From NCBI GenBank assembly GCA_029717555.1, contig JAMDHS010000068.1, forward strand, positions 1-64,000: DNA of 64,000 bases. Direction: 5' to 3'. Source of the stretch: Peribolospora baueri (lineage: Eukaryota). The position numbers and the translations under genes are program-made. This document shows positions 36,802 to 50,457 of this stretch, one piece after another. The notes beneath the pieces are model-generated. The model searched no databases. It was not told the DNA's origin and was given only the letters and a program-made list of their open reading frames with translations. Every line of letters begins with the position of its first letter. Position 1 is the stretch's first letter.

Positions 36802-39620
36802 ATGCTCAGTGTCTTCTGGCCAACGCACATCGAGCAGCGCACCTCAGGGTTCCTCCTCGGATGGAGAGTCGAGTCGTTTGTTTGCGTGTTCGATGTAGTC
36901 GAAGCCGAAGATGTGAGCCAGCCTACTCCGCTTACGGCGCTCAGCGCAGTGAGACGGCTCTAGGTCGTTCGTTCACGTAGATGTCTCTCCGCCGCTGCTG
37001 TCCCTGTTTTTCAGCTTTCTCAAGTGGAGGAATCACTTAAGAGTCTGCGCAAGAACTTATCTGACCATTGCAGCCGGGCCGTGGAAGGCATCGACGAACT
37101 GGACGTCGTAGGACAATGCTACCTCAATGAGCAAGATTCGGCCCGGCCTCTGAGATCGCCTGCAGCGAGCCTAGATGATATCGAACGTGTCTGGATAGAC
37201 GTGTGGTGGTCGGACAACCGGACTGCACTGCCATGCGTCCGAATGTGAGCTCTTCTGCGTTATGCAAACGAGTCAGGTGGATCGTTCCTTACAGTTTATG
37301 TTCGCTTGCGCTGCTTCAGCCCTTCGCTGCAGAACTCGAGCCGCATCACTGTCACCCTCTTCCGCCCTCCCAATATTCGCAACCTTCAGTGTCTTTCCTT
37401 AGAACCTCTTCTCCTCAACATTCCTACCACCACGGCTCGCCTACCTCACTACCAGGATGGGAAGAAGGCTGGCGAAAGATCACAGCTAATAGATAAGGTT
37501 GAAGAGATGATGCGGTCTGATCTATCGAGCCGGATCATAGGGGAGGGCGAGTCTTGCTTGCAGATCATCTTGGATAAAGTGTGTCGATTTTACCATATCT
37601 AGACAACTCGGCGTAAACGACTTGCTCAAGTCTCCGAACGCACTTTTCGTCGCAGATCAACGCATGGGCTGCTCTCCAGGAACGAGCGGCCACGTACATT
37701 CCCGGCTTGCAAGGGATGCTCGGTCGACGTCCCTGGTCTTTTACGACCCTATTTAGCAGGGCGCGGTCAGGAAACGGGCCTCAGTGGGCTTCAAAGCTGG
37801 GGCGATTCCGCGAAGGTCCATGGCTTTTCAGGTCCTTAAACATGCCGCTGGAGGTCCTCGCCAAGTTCTGGAGCGCGCCTGTCTTTGGCACCATGGGGAT
37901 GAAAGACATTTCTGCCACGGGTAAGGGCAATTCCACCCGCTACACTATAGCTGCTTGCAGTGCTTAACCCACGTCTTCTACGTCTCCATCCAGTCCAGCA
38001 AGTGGACATGCGACTAGAGCAAATGCGTTTCTGGCACCTACAGTACGCGCTTGCGACCAGGTCGCCGGGCAAGGACCTTTCCGTAGTGGACCTCGGAGCG
38101 CAGTACATCAGGTGAGTTGTCACTATGTGATGTCTCCGCTGGTGAGTATAAGTGCTCACATGCTCTTTCTCGTACCGTGTGTAGCCTCTACAATGGAGTG
38201 TGGCTTGTGGCGAACGATGTTATTATCGGCCGAGCCCTAGGCACATTACTGTGTGAGAATCACGAATTGTTGGCGAGACGGCTTCACGAAGCATTAGAGG
38301 TGAGCGTTTGGTTGTTCTTGGGCCAGAGCTGGCCGTCGGCTAAGCTCCATGTGGTGCCTTCCCCCACCCTTTTGCTCGCAATTCTCAGACGTGCACAGTT
38401 CAGCTCGTTCGGGAAACGCTTTTTTGGCTAGGTAACTGGCCTGCCGGCTTGAAGCTCAATTCCGAGCTGTCAATGTTCCTCGGCGACATGTTTGTCGGAC
38501 TCACGGAGATTTGGGCTGGTGAGTCGAGGCTTTCGTATCCCCGTCGCCGTGGGTAGCTATGCTCAAAAAGTTTGGCAACCGTCCTCAGCTCTTTTATCTC
38601 AAATGAGCGTATATTTTCCGTCGCTCATTTATCTTCTCGGCTGCTCCGGTTACCTCGGCTCGACGATGGTCCTTTCTTTGGCTTCCGACCTGCTTTCTCT
38701 TTTCACGAGCCATCTGTATGTCTTTTACTTGGTCGCCACAAACATGTTCAGCTTCTTTCTTCGGACGATGATCTCGCTCTTCAATCTGTTTCGAGGTGAG
38801 CAAATCAGCGGCGGCAATCCGTGATGACGCTGACGAGTGGAAGCTAAGGCCTCCTCTGTGTCGCTCTTTGACGCAGGCAAGAAGCGCAACGTCCTTCGGA
38901 ATCGAGTGGACTCGTGCGACTACGAGCTTGATCAGCTGCTGTTGGGTACGATCCTCTTCACCTTGACTTCGTTCCTGTTCCCGACCGTGCTGGTCTATTA
39001 TGCCGCCTTTGCTCTCGTGAGTGCAAATGAGAGCGCTACGCACTCTCGTAACGATGGTGACGGTACGATCCCTCGTTCCGATTTGCTTCATGCAGAGCCG
39101 GGTCGGCATCATCATGACGCACGCCACCTTGGAAACCGTGCTCGCCTTCATGAACCACCTGCCTCTGTTTGCATTAATGCTGCGATTGAAGGACCCAGCG
39201 CGACTTCCAGGTGAGCCGAATTCAATATCCTTTGGACTCGAGCCCATACTCATTTTTCCAGTTGCCTTGCAGGCGGCCTGCGCTTTGACTGGCTTGCGCC
39301 GCCGGCGTCGGACACGGGAGTTGATGCCTCCGAAAACAGGCCACCACACCAGACAACGTACTTCCATATGCGGGCGAGTAAGACGGCCGCTCCGGCAAGG
39401 AACACACGTACCAACACGCGCTGACGACACAATTTCCACCTGACAGAACGTGCCCATATCCATGACGGCCATCTTCTTCGGCTATTTCCAGCTGTGGCGG
39501 CAGCTCAGCGCACATTACTCTCCCTTGCGCCTGCTTACTTGCCTTGTCAAAGGCAAACAGATACGGCCCATTGCGCGACATCATATTCGTTATCATATAC
39601 CCTTGTCCGTGCGGACATGA
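36802..39620 (+). CDS. GPI1: GPI N-acetylglucosaminyltransferase subunit Gpi1/PIG-Q
   Basis: MLSVFWP..GFLLGW; YNGVWLVANDVIIG; WLGNWPAGLKLNSELS; SLFNLFR|GKKRNVLRNRVDSCDYELDQLLLGTILFT..LFPTVLVYY; MNHLPLFALMLRLKDPARLPG. Confidence 0.95.
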
Positions 39621-39868
39621 CTTGCATTTGTCTACTGTATGCACATGGCGCGTCTCGACGCGTCTCAAGCCACGTGAGAACAACGTTGAGCAATTTGAGG
39701 CCGGCGAGCGCCTTCATTTCACGAGGCTCAGCCTCGCACCATTCCAGTCCAGCCCACAACAACGCCCGCGACGTCTCAGTTTATACGTTGCGCCGACCCT
39801 CTCTCACTTGCCTGGTCACCACCACCATCTTATATATATACCCTCGTACGGCATAAAATATCATCGCG

Positions 39869-40908
39869 ATGGCCGCCACCTTCACTCCCAACGCCACCTT
39901 CGACAGTAATGAGAAGTCGTGGGCCGCCGAGCTCGGTCAGTCGTTCGTTCGCCCCACCTCGAACCTGTCCACATCGGCGCTCTGGCCTTGCTGACCGACG
40001 CCTGGATCTTCGGTTCCTACGGCTGGCGATACCGGTCTTCTCCCTCCCTCCCTCCAGGCTCTCTTTCCTGGCAGGACAACATCGTGTTCACAAAGGCCAG
40101 CCTGGTCGAGTTCCTCAGGACCAAGGAGGTACGTCGGTCGGCTCCTCCGTCCTTGCCGCCAGTTGCGCCAAATGCTAAGTCGACGAGCGACGACCTCTCG
40201 CGTTCATGGTTTCACATAGATCACTGTAGGCCCTAACTTTACGGAGCTTGCGCAGCTGCCCAAGTGAGCGAAAGGAAAAGTCCGAACCCGTTCCTCTTCT
40301 CGATGCGAGGTCGCTCGAGCGCTGACATCGTTGACATTCCTCCCTCCGCACCTTGCACTCGCCTCGCCCGCCCCCCCCCTTTCCTCTTCTCCCTCCTGCT
40401 CGGCTTCTCCAGGTATGCCCAGATAGGCAAGATGGTCTCGCTCGCAGGTGCCGCTCCCGCCGTCGCCGCCGCGCCTGCTCCGGAGGCCGTTCCCGCAGAC
40501 GCCACGGCGGCCGCGCAGGCCAAGCCAGCGGACAGCGTCATCCCCGGCGACGACAGCTTCCGACCGACCCGACGGGTGCGGGAACTCCCCGGCGGCGGCT
40601 CTTCCGCCATCTATTCGCTGTTCGGCGGCGACGAGACCGCCGCTCCCACCGCCGCCCCTGCCCCCGCCCCCGCCCCCTCGGTTCAACAGCAGCAGCCCGC
40701 AGTCAGCCAAACGGTAGCGCAGGCGGCGGCGGTGGATGATGCGCCCAACAATCTCCCCAGCGCGACGGCGGGCAAAGGGAACAAGGAAAGGGACGCCAAG
40801 TCGTGGTCGCACACCGAGTTTGACGACCCTATCGCCAAGTTTAGGCCTTCGAGGAGGGTCAGGGAGGCGGGCGGCACGGGTGGCGCGAGCTCGATTACGT
40901 TCGGTTGA
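39869..40908 (+). CDS. small protein with two SPIRAL1/Jupiter/HN1-like PGG-SS motifs (possible microtubule-associated protein)
   Basis: Four exons splice in frame. Contains FRPTRRVRELPGGGSSAIYSLFGG and C-terminal FRPSRRVREAGGTGGASSITFG*. TATATA at ~39831. Confidence 0.65.
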
Positions 40909-41486
40909 AGGAAGGAAGGAAGGATTGAGCGTTCCACAGGTTGGTTGGGATCGATCGGGCAAAGGGAAGCAAGGGCCAAATTCTCGCGTCTGCCATGTCT
41001 GTATCGGCGATTCATGAATGTACTTCCTCCCTCTCGGAAACGAGGCGCTGGCGCACACAAAGTCGGTCGCCGCGCCAGAAGTTCTTTGTAATGACCGTGA
41101 CATGACCCACTCGCCATTTTTTAACCTGGCCACCGTTCCAAGAAGAGGCCTCTCGTCCTTTCGTCTTTCGTTCCTCGACCAACGCCAACCCCGGAGGCAC
41201 ACTCATCGACCGCACGCCTCGCGGGTGAACCAGTTTGATTGATGAACGGACGAAAACTGAGAAACTAGTCCATTCATCCCCCCTCTAGCAAGCGGCGTCA
41301 AGAGCGCCGAGAAAGTACGAGAAAAGGTGAACGCGGGGGGGGGGGGGGGACCTACTAACTGCTACTGATGACAATATGGTACAGTTGCGATACGAATGAC
41401 GACAACGACAGCCAAACGGGCGGATGGGCGACAAAATGTCAAGTTTTGTCCTTGAACGGGCGGGGCGGGGCACGAGCGAGTTTCAT

Positions 41487-44400
41487 TCAGGCTGGGTGAG
41501 CCGGGTCTGACGACAGGGCTCCGTCCGCGGACGGGTTCGCGCCGATGTACCCAGACGAATTTACGTCTGCGGACGGGAGTAGCCTAAAAGAAGGGGGATA
41601 AAAATAGAAACAAGAGAGGCAACAACGCGGTTGGTGGTGGTGAGCTACCAGCACGAACCGCCGTTGGACCGGATGCGACTCGACTCGAAATGCTAGAAAA
41701 CGGGGGTCACGCACCACTCGTCCAAGAGGACGGACGCCCAAAAGTCCGGCACCGTGTTCTCGATCTCACTCAAGCCGTTGCTGTTCAGCGGCAAGCCAGG
41801 CCGGCCAGCATCTCCGCCAGAATGGAACGGGATGCTTTGGTCTTGTAGGTTGCCTAGACCGAGCGCCGAGCCGAGAGCGGCGGCGGTCGGGTCGATGGTC
41901 GGTACGGGCGCGCAGATTGATTCATCCTTCGTTGGCGCTGGTGCCGCCACCTGAGAACCTGGCGGTGGAACTCCTGCAGAAGTCACCACCGTGGGTGTAG
42001 CGGAGGACGAGACGGCGGAAGCGGTGGCACCATCCAGGAAGCTGCTGGCCGAGTCGAACGGACCATCCGAGTCCCGTTCCCTCTTCGTTCCGGTCGCCGC
42101 TGGAGAACCCTGAGCGGCGTCGGACATGTATTCCTCCAACAGTGTCTCGAGAAGGTTTCGACAACTGCCAGCGAATTGGATCCTGTAGGACAAAGACATC
42201 GATGGCTCATGTTAGCGACCTGACTCATGGGCATGGAAAGAGTGAGCCAGCCAGCCAGCCAGCTAGCTAGCCAAGAATCGCCATAATGGGTCACTCCTAT
42301 CTCGCCCCTAAAATTATGGCTCGCCGCTCACCGAATCTGGTAATCCCTCAAGGCCTCGATGCAGTGCTTGACGTCTTCGAGCACTTCGGGGGTAATGGAA
42401 AAGCCGTATGCCTTGCTGGCACGCACGCTCAGGAGCAATACGCATCCCGCCGTCATGGCGTGATACGCCGCGATGCTCATGGGCAAGACGATGCCTTTTC
42501 GTCGCAAGTGGTCCAAGATGTGCGAAGTCGAGCGAGCGGCGTTGGCGCACTTGGAAAACGGATCCAAGTCCGAAGGCGGCGGTCGCTTCGACATTGGTGC
42601 CTGGGGACGATGGGCGAGGGTCTGGAGATGGGACATGACGCGGAAGGGAGAACCTCACATGTGAGCCACTTTCGTTGAGATTTCCTGTGAAACGAATCGT
42701 TTCATAGGAGGCTCGGCTAGCACGATTCCCAAAGACTGACCTGAATGAAATGGTATTGCGTATGCAGGACCGCAGCGTCGCTCAGCTTTGTCAAGTTGGG
42801 CTCGTTCGGGTCGTAGCGAAGGTGGGGCGGCAAGGAGGCGAGCCACAGCTCGAGTTCGCCATCGAGTTGATCGACGAGCTGGCGCGTATCCGAGTCGCTG
42901 GACGAGATGAAGAGAAGAGAAGCGTCAGTCAGCGCCGCGCGCGCGCGTCGACCTTTGGCTGACGAATGGGACCTGAGAGATGCTCACGCTTGGGTCAACG
43001 TGCGTACGCCGCTCGTCTTGTTGATGGCGTAGAGATTCCTCAGGGCTTTACGAGTCCGTCCAGGGAGGAGAGAGGGAGTCACTTTTCGTCAGTCGAGGCA
43101 CACTCCACGGAAGCGGGGAGAGGAAGCCGGCGTGAGACGCACCCCTGACCAAAACCTGATGCAACTGGATGTTTCTGACAAAAAAGTCCACCCTGCTCGG
43201 CTTGCCAAGCGGCTGCTGGCCTAGGAGACCACCCTCAGAAACGACGAGGTACTCGTCGTCCACGGCGAGAGGCATGTCCACGTCATAACTGGATCATCGA
43301 AACGTGGTCCAAGCTCGTCGTCAGCCTCACCGGCCAGCGATGATCCCAGCGACGACCCAGGTCGTCAAATCGAATATAGGATCACAGGCAGCCCGAACTC
43401 ACTCCTCATCGTGAATGCACATCGGCCGACCGAGACTGGTGCTGAAGAGGCTGCGAACACGGAATGGATAGCGACTCGGGTTCGAGTCAGACGACGGGAC
43501 GGGCCGACTCATGTCTCCCTCCTTTCCACGGGAGCAAGATGATCCCCACCTATCGAGGACATAGAGCGTCCAGAACACGCGCTTGCTCATCTCGTACTCG
43601 AGAGGATCGATCATCGCGCGCGACGCTCGCCGGTGAATCCCGATGTCCTGACGAGCGGCGAAAAGGAGTCGGTCGGGCGCGGGAGGAGGATAAGTTCGAG
43701 GACGTGAAGGCTCAAGCGAAGGGATCTATAAGACACGAGCTTACCTGCAATTGCCTCACGGCGACTCCGATATACTGGCGAGGTGGAGGGAAGAAATGAA
43801 AACCAAGGTTAATGAAAGGCGAGCGAAAAGAAAGGAGGACTTCGTTGAGCTTGGCCCGGAGTCGGACTCACGGCCCATGCTCGACTGCTTCCAGACGGGA
43901 TGTTCATGATGAACATGGCGGCGAGGATGAAGCTCTGAAGGCGGCGCAAGGTCGGGAAAGACAGGGTGGGTAGCTCGATTTTACTGCGCAGGGAAGCGAG
44001 GGGTGGCGGAGGTGGTGCCCATCGGCGTGAGAGATAGATCTGAAGACGACGACGGGGAAAGAGCGAGGGCCAGCTCACGATCTCTCGATCCAAAACTTGA
44101 GGCCGGCGGTATGCTTGTATCTCTCCAAAGGATCGTAGAGCACGCGAGGATCGTCGGACAAGCGAGAGGCGACGGCGAAGATGGAGTAGGCGAGCTCGAG
44201 CCAGGACCGGCTCCTCCTCATGACCGGGTCGGCGAACTCGCGCATGAACGAGGGACGGTGAACGATGGGTTGGATGGCGTTGATCCGATCGAAATAGATG
44301 TTCACCAGATCAAGGGCCAGGTCATCGGGCGGCCACCACGCCGCCTCGCCTTGAAGACGGTCGTCATAACGATGGTCGAAGAAGCCGACGGGTGGCACGT

Positions 44401-45291
44401 CGAACTCGGTCCACGCTCGTGGAGCCGGACCGAGAGAGGTGTCTCCGCCCGCCTCGGGCATTTTGAGCTGCACTACGAGCTGGAGCACGGAGGAGCGACC
44501 GACGTACTGCTGCTTCTCCGTCGGCTCCTGCCTGCCGGCGGTGACGGCCTGCACGCCAAAGTTGACAAAGTTCATGTCGTTCTCGTCCTCCGAGTCCGAG
44601 TCGGTGTGAGCGGAGGCGCCTTGAGACCGGAGAGGTGGCGACTGAAAGCTGGCGTCGTTGGGGCCGGACTTGGCGCTGGCGTTGGACGACGGGTCGGCGC
44701 CGTCGGAGAGATGGACGGGAGGACCGAGTTGGCGGCTGAAGTCGGAGCCGGGATGGAGTCGGGAGAGAAGGCCCTCCGCTCGTTCCAAGCGGGCTTCCAG
44801 GGCCTCGACGTACCACCGCGGCGCAGGCTTGCGTTTTGGCTCCTCGGAAAAGATGCAATCGTACCCGTATGTCAAGCTGGGTGAGCGAAATGAGCCGTGA
44901 AGCGCAACAGTCAGCTTGGGGGCGGGCAAGTGATTTTACTGACGACGGTCTGCGAACGGCCGCACCGACGCAGCGCCTCACCAAGTCAAACACGCCGACT
45001 TGCCCGGCGGCACGCCGGTACATCGGATCTTCTTCTTTCGACAGCTCTGCAGGGGCGGACACCGATGGGGTACGGCGAAGCACAGTTGAGTGAGCGACCG
45101 TCACCGAGGCGTGCCATGCCGTTGAGGCCGAGCGGGCGCGGCGCAGGCAGACACAAAGAAACACTCACATCGCAAGCGCGGGTGACCCTCCTCCTCTTGG
45201 CCTCTCGGGACTCCTCCTCGCCCTTCACCTTGCCCTTGTCCTTGCCCTTGGTCTTCTGGTCCGCGGCCGAGTCCACGTCGACCATGACCAT
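41487..45291 (-). CDS. Zn(II)2Cys6 fungal transcription factor with Fungal_trans (MHR) domain
   Basis: Spliced KRRRVTRACD|SCRKKKIRCTGVPPGKSACLTC|LTYGYDC, followed by YVEALEARLERAE, LVNIYFDRINAIQPIVHRPSF and EMSKRVFWTLYVLDR..SLGRP. Confidence 0.93.
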
Positions 45292-46707
45292 CTATCTATC
45301 TCTCTCTCTGCGTCCGCGTTAGCGCGATCAGGAAGGGGGTTGGACCTGACGCGGGGAAGGCGTCGTGTGCGTAGCCGGAGGGCGCGCAAGACGGGGCGTG
45401 ACCTGGCCGGGTTTTGGTTCGGCTGGCGGGGGCGGTGGGGTGGAACGGAGGGGAGCGTCGGCGTAGGTGTGTATGTGTGTGTATCGGGATCTGGGGCGGC
45501 TCGCACGCAGCACGCTAAGCGGAGCGTGCGCCGGTCGCAAAGAAGAAAGCGCGGGCGGCGCGGTGGGGGATTGAGGGTTGGGATCGGCGGAACCGGCGAT
45601 CGGGAAAAGAGGAAAGAAAGGCAGGGAGAAGGCGGCAAAAAGGTGGCTGTCGTGGAGGGAGACGCGGGCGGTGAGGTCGACGCCGAGGTGGAGGTTGGAA
45701 GGGAAGAGGCGGCGTTGGTCGGCGTTGTTGGCTCGGAAAAGGAACGACGACGACGAAGTGTTGATGACGACTCGGTCGCCGCTTTGCTTGCTTTGCTTTC
45801 TTTCTTGCTTGCCTGGTTGCCTGCTTGCTTGCTTGCGCTCGCTCTCTCGCTCGCTCGCTCGACCGCCCAACCGTAAACCGCCGTTGGCTGGCGCTGGCTG
45901 CTCGTCCGTCGCTGTTTCTATCTGCCTTCCGTCTGGCGTCTATGTCTTCCGTCTGCTGCTAGCAGTCTGCGTCCACGCTCGCCTTGTTAGGCCGGCTGAG
46001 AGTGAGTGAGGTTACGGGCGCATGTTTCAGGTCAAGTAGTCAGTCAAGTGCGTGGGCGCCAACAAAACAGAAACCCACCAAAAGCAATTCAATTCGCCGC
46101 CGCCCAATCGTCGCACCCAAAATTTTACCATCCACCCATCCGGTTATCAGCCCATGCGAGGCCACGGATCTCCTCTTCCGCGGCTCCACCCCGCCGTCGA
46201 TCCGTCCATCCGCCCCATCCGCCCATTCAAGTCCCATAGATAGATGCGCGTGCCCGCTCAGCTCCACCTTCGCCACGCACAGCACTTTGCAGCGCAAGGC
46301 AAAGGGGGTCAGGGAAGGGCAGAGTGCCTGCGCATAGACTAATGGCAGGAGGGACAAGGCCGAGATGAGACGACTGTGAAGACACGACACGCACGGATGG
46401 ACGAACGAGATTCGAATCGAATCGTCTTGCTTTCGTCGATCGCCTGCTTAACCGTTGTTTCAACCGCAAACAACAATCGCTACTACACGGCCCCGAGCCA
46501 AGCCTCGTGCCTGGCCCCCCGCCTCCTCTCTCATCCATTCCACGTCCCGCTACCTACACAGGCATCGACACTAACACGGAGACCGACACCGACGCCGACA
46601 CCCATACCCACAACCACACCCACACTCACACCGACATCGCCCGAACCCAACCCCGCCGCCATCTCACCGCACGCCTCGCCTCGCCTCGCGCCTCACCACC
46701 GCCTCTG

Positions 46708-49700
46708 TCACATGATGGTCCCCTCCGGACCCGGTCCGGGCCCAGCGCCCGGTTGGCCTGGCGGAGGCGGTCGCATGGGCATGTGAGGCGGCATCTCTTG
46801 AGGCTGCGGGTAGCCCGGTACGACGGATCCCACTGTCAAACACAAACAGGGACGGGTCGGGTCGGGTTCGATGTGGACACGATCCAACGAACGAACGACC
46901 ACCGCCAACAGCCAAGTCAGCGAGCGAGCGCACCCACGTCCTCCATCACACCCCCGCCCACCATCCATCCCACTCACTGGGCGCCTGGTAATACATCTGT
47001 GGCACGTGGTTTGGCATGCTTGGAGGAGGTCGCGCCCCGCCCGGCCCGTACGGCTGCTGAGGCATGAACTGCTGCTGAGAGGCTACATGTACCGCACCCG
47101 GCCGACCGATCAGCTTCTGTTCCTCACCGTCCCGCGCTTTGTCCAATCCTCAGACTAACAGTGCCCGCCGTACTCACGAGGAGGCATGTTGGCCATCTGC
47201 GGGCTATACATATTCGGAGGCGCTGTATGAACGACGGACGAGGGACGTAAATCTCCGAGTTCCTTTTCCACTCGGGCTCCCCCCGACAGCGACCGACCGG
47301 TCACAGATGTTCATCCAATCACGACTCACGAGGTCCCGCATGAGTCATGGGAGGCGAGAAGGGCATCGAAGGCACGTATTGCGGGTGCATGTACCCCATC
47401 GGCCCCGGTCCTGGTCCCCCTGGTCCTCCAGGCGCCGTGTGAGCTCCGGCGGGCGGAGGGCCGCCCGCCTGCGAAGCAGGCATTTGCATCGGTTGCTGCA
47501 CCGGATGAGGCTGTGACGGGAAAGAAAATGGTCGAGGACGTGTTAGACCAACGGTTTCTTTCGCTGCTGCGATGCAAATGGCACTCCATGCATGAGTCGC
47601 ACTCCGACTTGACTCACCTGACCCGGAGGGAAACGGTATGGAGCCCCGTAGGGAGTGTACATCATTCCATACGGCTGGCCAGGCCCGCCCTGCTGTCCCT
47701 GCGCGCCCGGACCGGCATGCGACCCGGGAGGTCCCTGACCAGGATGAGCGCCGACGACGCCGCCCGGTCCGTGTGGTCCCGCAGCGGCGTGAGCGGCAAC
47801 AGCGGCCGCTGCCGCCGGATCTTCCTCGTAGCCCGGGCCCCCCATGTGGATGTTGCCAGGACCGATCGGTGGGGCGTGAGACATCCCGGGATGGGAAGGG
47901 GGATGACCGTGAGGGTGGTGCGGTGCCGGCATGAGGACAAACATGGCTCGGTACGGCTTTCCCTGGAAGGGCCAGAGGGGAGCGATCGTCGCCGCGTCCG
48001 GTACCTTGTGGTTCTTGAAAGGGTTAAAGTCTTGGAATACATGAATCGGCATCGAGGGCCGCTTGATCGTCCTCGTTCCGAAGAACGGGTTCGCCGGCGG
48101 CGCGGGCTCGGCCGGTTTGGGCTGGGGAGACGAAACAGACGATACGGATCCCGCGGTGCCGACGGACGGCCTGAACGACGCTGCGGCGGGATTGAACGGC
48201 TTGAACGCTGACGCCTTCGCGTTGAACTTGAACGAAGACGGGCTGGCCGGCTTGGCCGCGCCGGAGGCGGCCGCGGAAGCGGTGGCAGCGGACGGTGCGG
48301 GAGAACCACTCGGGGAGGCCCCCACCCCTGCAATTTTCGCCTTCTGCGCCGCCGCCGCCTTCTCCGGGTTAAAAGGCGGAATGGGAGGGAGTGTTATGCC
48401 AGCAAGCATGGCTTTAGTCTCCGCGAATCTGGGGCCCACCTTGGCAGGGCCGCTGACCGGCGACAAACGAGGCGCCAAGCTCGCCCGCTGAGCTGGTTTG
48501 GGTGCCGAAGGAGAAGTCGACGCCGACGCGGCGCCGGATCCGCCCGCGCTGGGCGTGAGACTGGCCGTGGATGCCGACGAGGTAGCCTGCTTCTTGCTGT
48601 CGTCCTTCTCTTTGGCGATGATTTCCGCGAGATCGGCCGGCATAGGAGTCTTAAGCTTGAAGCTCTGACTGAACCTCAGCAAATCCGCCAGCTTGCTGTC
48701 CTTCTCCTTCTTGGCCAGTGCCACCTTTTTGCGCTCGAGACGTTCGCGTTCCGCTGACACGAACTGGCGGAAATCGCCCACCACACCGGGGTCTGTCCCG
48801 CTAGCTTTGGCGGCCTCCGGCTTAACCGACGAAGGCGCAGTCCCACTCGACGGAGGCAGCACCACCTGGGGCGGCTTGACGGGCGACGGCCCATTTTGTA
48901 CCACCGTTTGGGGCGTGGCAGACGATGCGGCCGGCTGCGTAGCAGATTGAGCCGGCGTTGCGGCTTTCGCAGGTGCCGAAGCACTGGCGGAAACGGCAGG
49001 GAGCTTGACGCTAGGCTGCTCCTTCTGTTCCTTTTCGTCCTTCGCCTCCTTCGTGTTTGCAGGCGACAGAGCGCCTAGCCTACCCTTTGGCGGTGCGGTC
49101 CCATTGGCTTTGGCAGCAGCGGCGGTCGCCTGCCTAGCACCCGGTGGGATGTAAGCGTTGGGGCCCCGGACCACGGCACCATACTTTTCCTCCTCATCTG
49201 CGCCAGAGTCGTCAACGTGGCCTCGCTCTTCGGCCACGTGCGTGCTGGTCGTGGATTGCTAGCAATTGGAAAACATACGGGGAAGGAAGTCGGACGATAA
49301 GTGTCAAGTCGGAAAAGGCCAAGGAGAAAGTGTAACCGACATACTGACCCCCATAATCTCTGCTGCAATCCTTGCGGCCCTCCTCTCCCTCTCCTTAAAG
49401 TCTTTGCCGCTCCTATCCAACTTGGTGGTATACAACTCCTCGTCGAAGTCCGTTTTGGTGCCGAAAAGCCGCTCGTTAGTGGCGAACTGGTCCCACTTGC
49501 CGGATGACGGGTTGGTGCTGAGGCCGAAGGTGTCTTCGTCCCTGGACGCTGGATCGGACGTCACGTCCCCAAAGCCCGAGACGCTGAATTGGGCAGAGAG
49601 GGGCTCGTCCGACCAGCGTTGCAGGGAGCGGCCTTCTCGGAGTGAGTTTGGCGTCCCAGAGATCTCGGTATCTGTACGGAAAGCTGGGGAAAGCGAAGGC

Positions 49701-50126
49701 GATCGAGAACAGTGTCAGTACTGAAACAAGGTCCTCAGACGGGTTAAGATCATTGTGCTTACCATCCCTACCCTTATCCCGCTCCGTGCCCGAGCAGACC
49801 CTCGCCTCGTTCGCCTCAATCTGGTCTAAGTCACGACCGGAGATGAGGAGCGTCTTCTTCAGCGCACCAGCTTCGGGACTGGGAGGATCGAGGAGACGGG
49901 CGGAAGCCAGGACAACTCCGAGCTCTCCATCCGTGCTAGCTGCGGAGAGGATGCCCTCATACTTCGCGCCGGAACGAGTGTGAGCTATGACGGGAGTGCC
50001 CTGGAGGTTGACGAGGGGTCGCGGAAGGGCCGGTCAGAGAATGCCTCAGTCTGCCGCGTGCATGTTGCTGTGCAAACTACTCACCACCAAACTGACGAGC
50101 ACGAAGAGCATGCGGTCGTGCATCAT
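46708..50126 (-). CDS. PBP1: poly(A)-binding-protein-binding protein / ataxin-2 homologue
   Basis: LSm domain MHDRMLFVLVSLV|GTPVIAHTRSGAKYEGIL; FRTDTEISG; LsmAD WDQFATNERLFGTKTDFDEELYTTKLDRS..AARIAAEI; PAM2-like FNAKASAFKP; P/M/G-rich C-terminus. Confidence 0.93.
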
Positions 50127-50457
50127 TCGACCCGAGCCCGCTGGCGGGCGAACGTAGTGGCAGGCGATGGGAGTTGAAGAACGACAGCGGCGGTGCTGAG
50201 CGAGACGGCGGACGGCGACGATGGGCGTGCAGCCGGTGGCCCAGCCAGCAAGGGTAACACGACAAGTGGATGCATTTCAATTCACTTGAAATCGGGGTTT
50301 AACCGCCGCATTTCAAGCACGTGACTCTGAGCAGAGTAGGGTTAGGCTAGCCCTTTCCTCCCCATAGCCTAAGCAAGCGCATTATTAGAAGGTCGACAGC
50401 TCGCAAGGGAAGAGAGGGCAGGTATCATCATCCTTCCATCTCGACACTCGGGTAATC
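50127..50457. promoter_or_regulatory. bidirectional promoter PBP1/CCT1 with CACGTGAC (50318)
   Basis: About 330 bp between divergent ATGs, with a central E-box. Confidence 0.6.

Noticed and set aside
45300..46700. ORFs of 100-186 aa between the Zn-cluster TF and PBP1
   Set aside because: This is low-complexity UTR/promoter sequence with (CTTG)n-like repeats and no coding signature.
50123..50275. 50-codon uORF whose TGA overlaps the PBP1 ATG
   Set aside because: Its ATG is ~45 bp from the promoter E-box and probably upstream of the TSS. There is no support without 5' end data.
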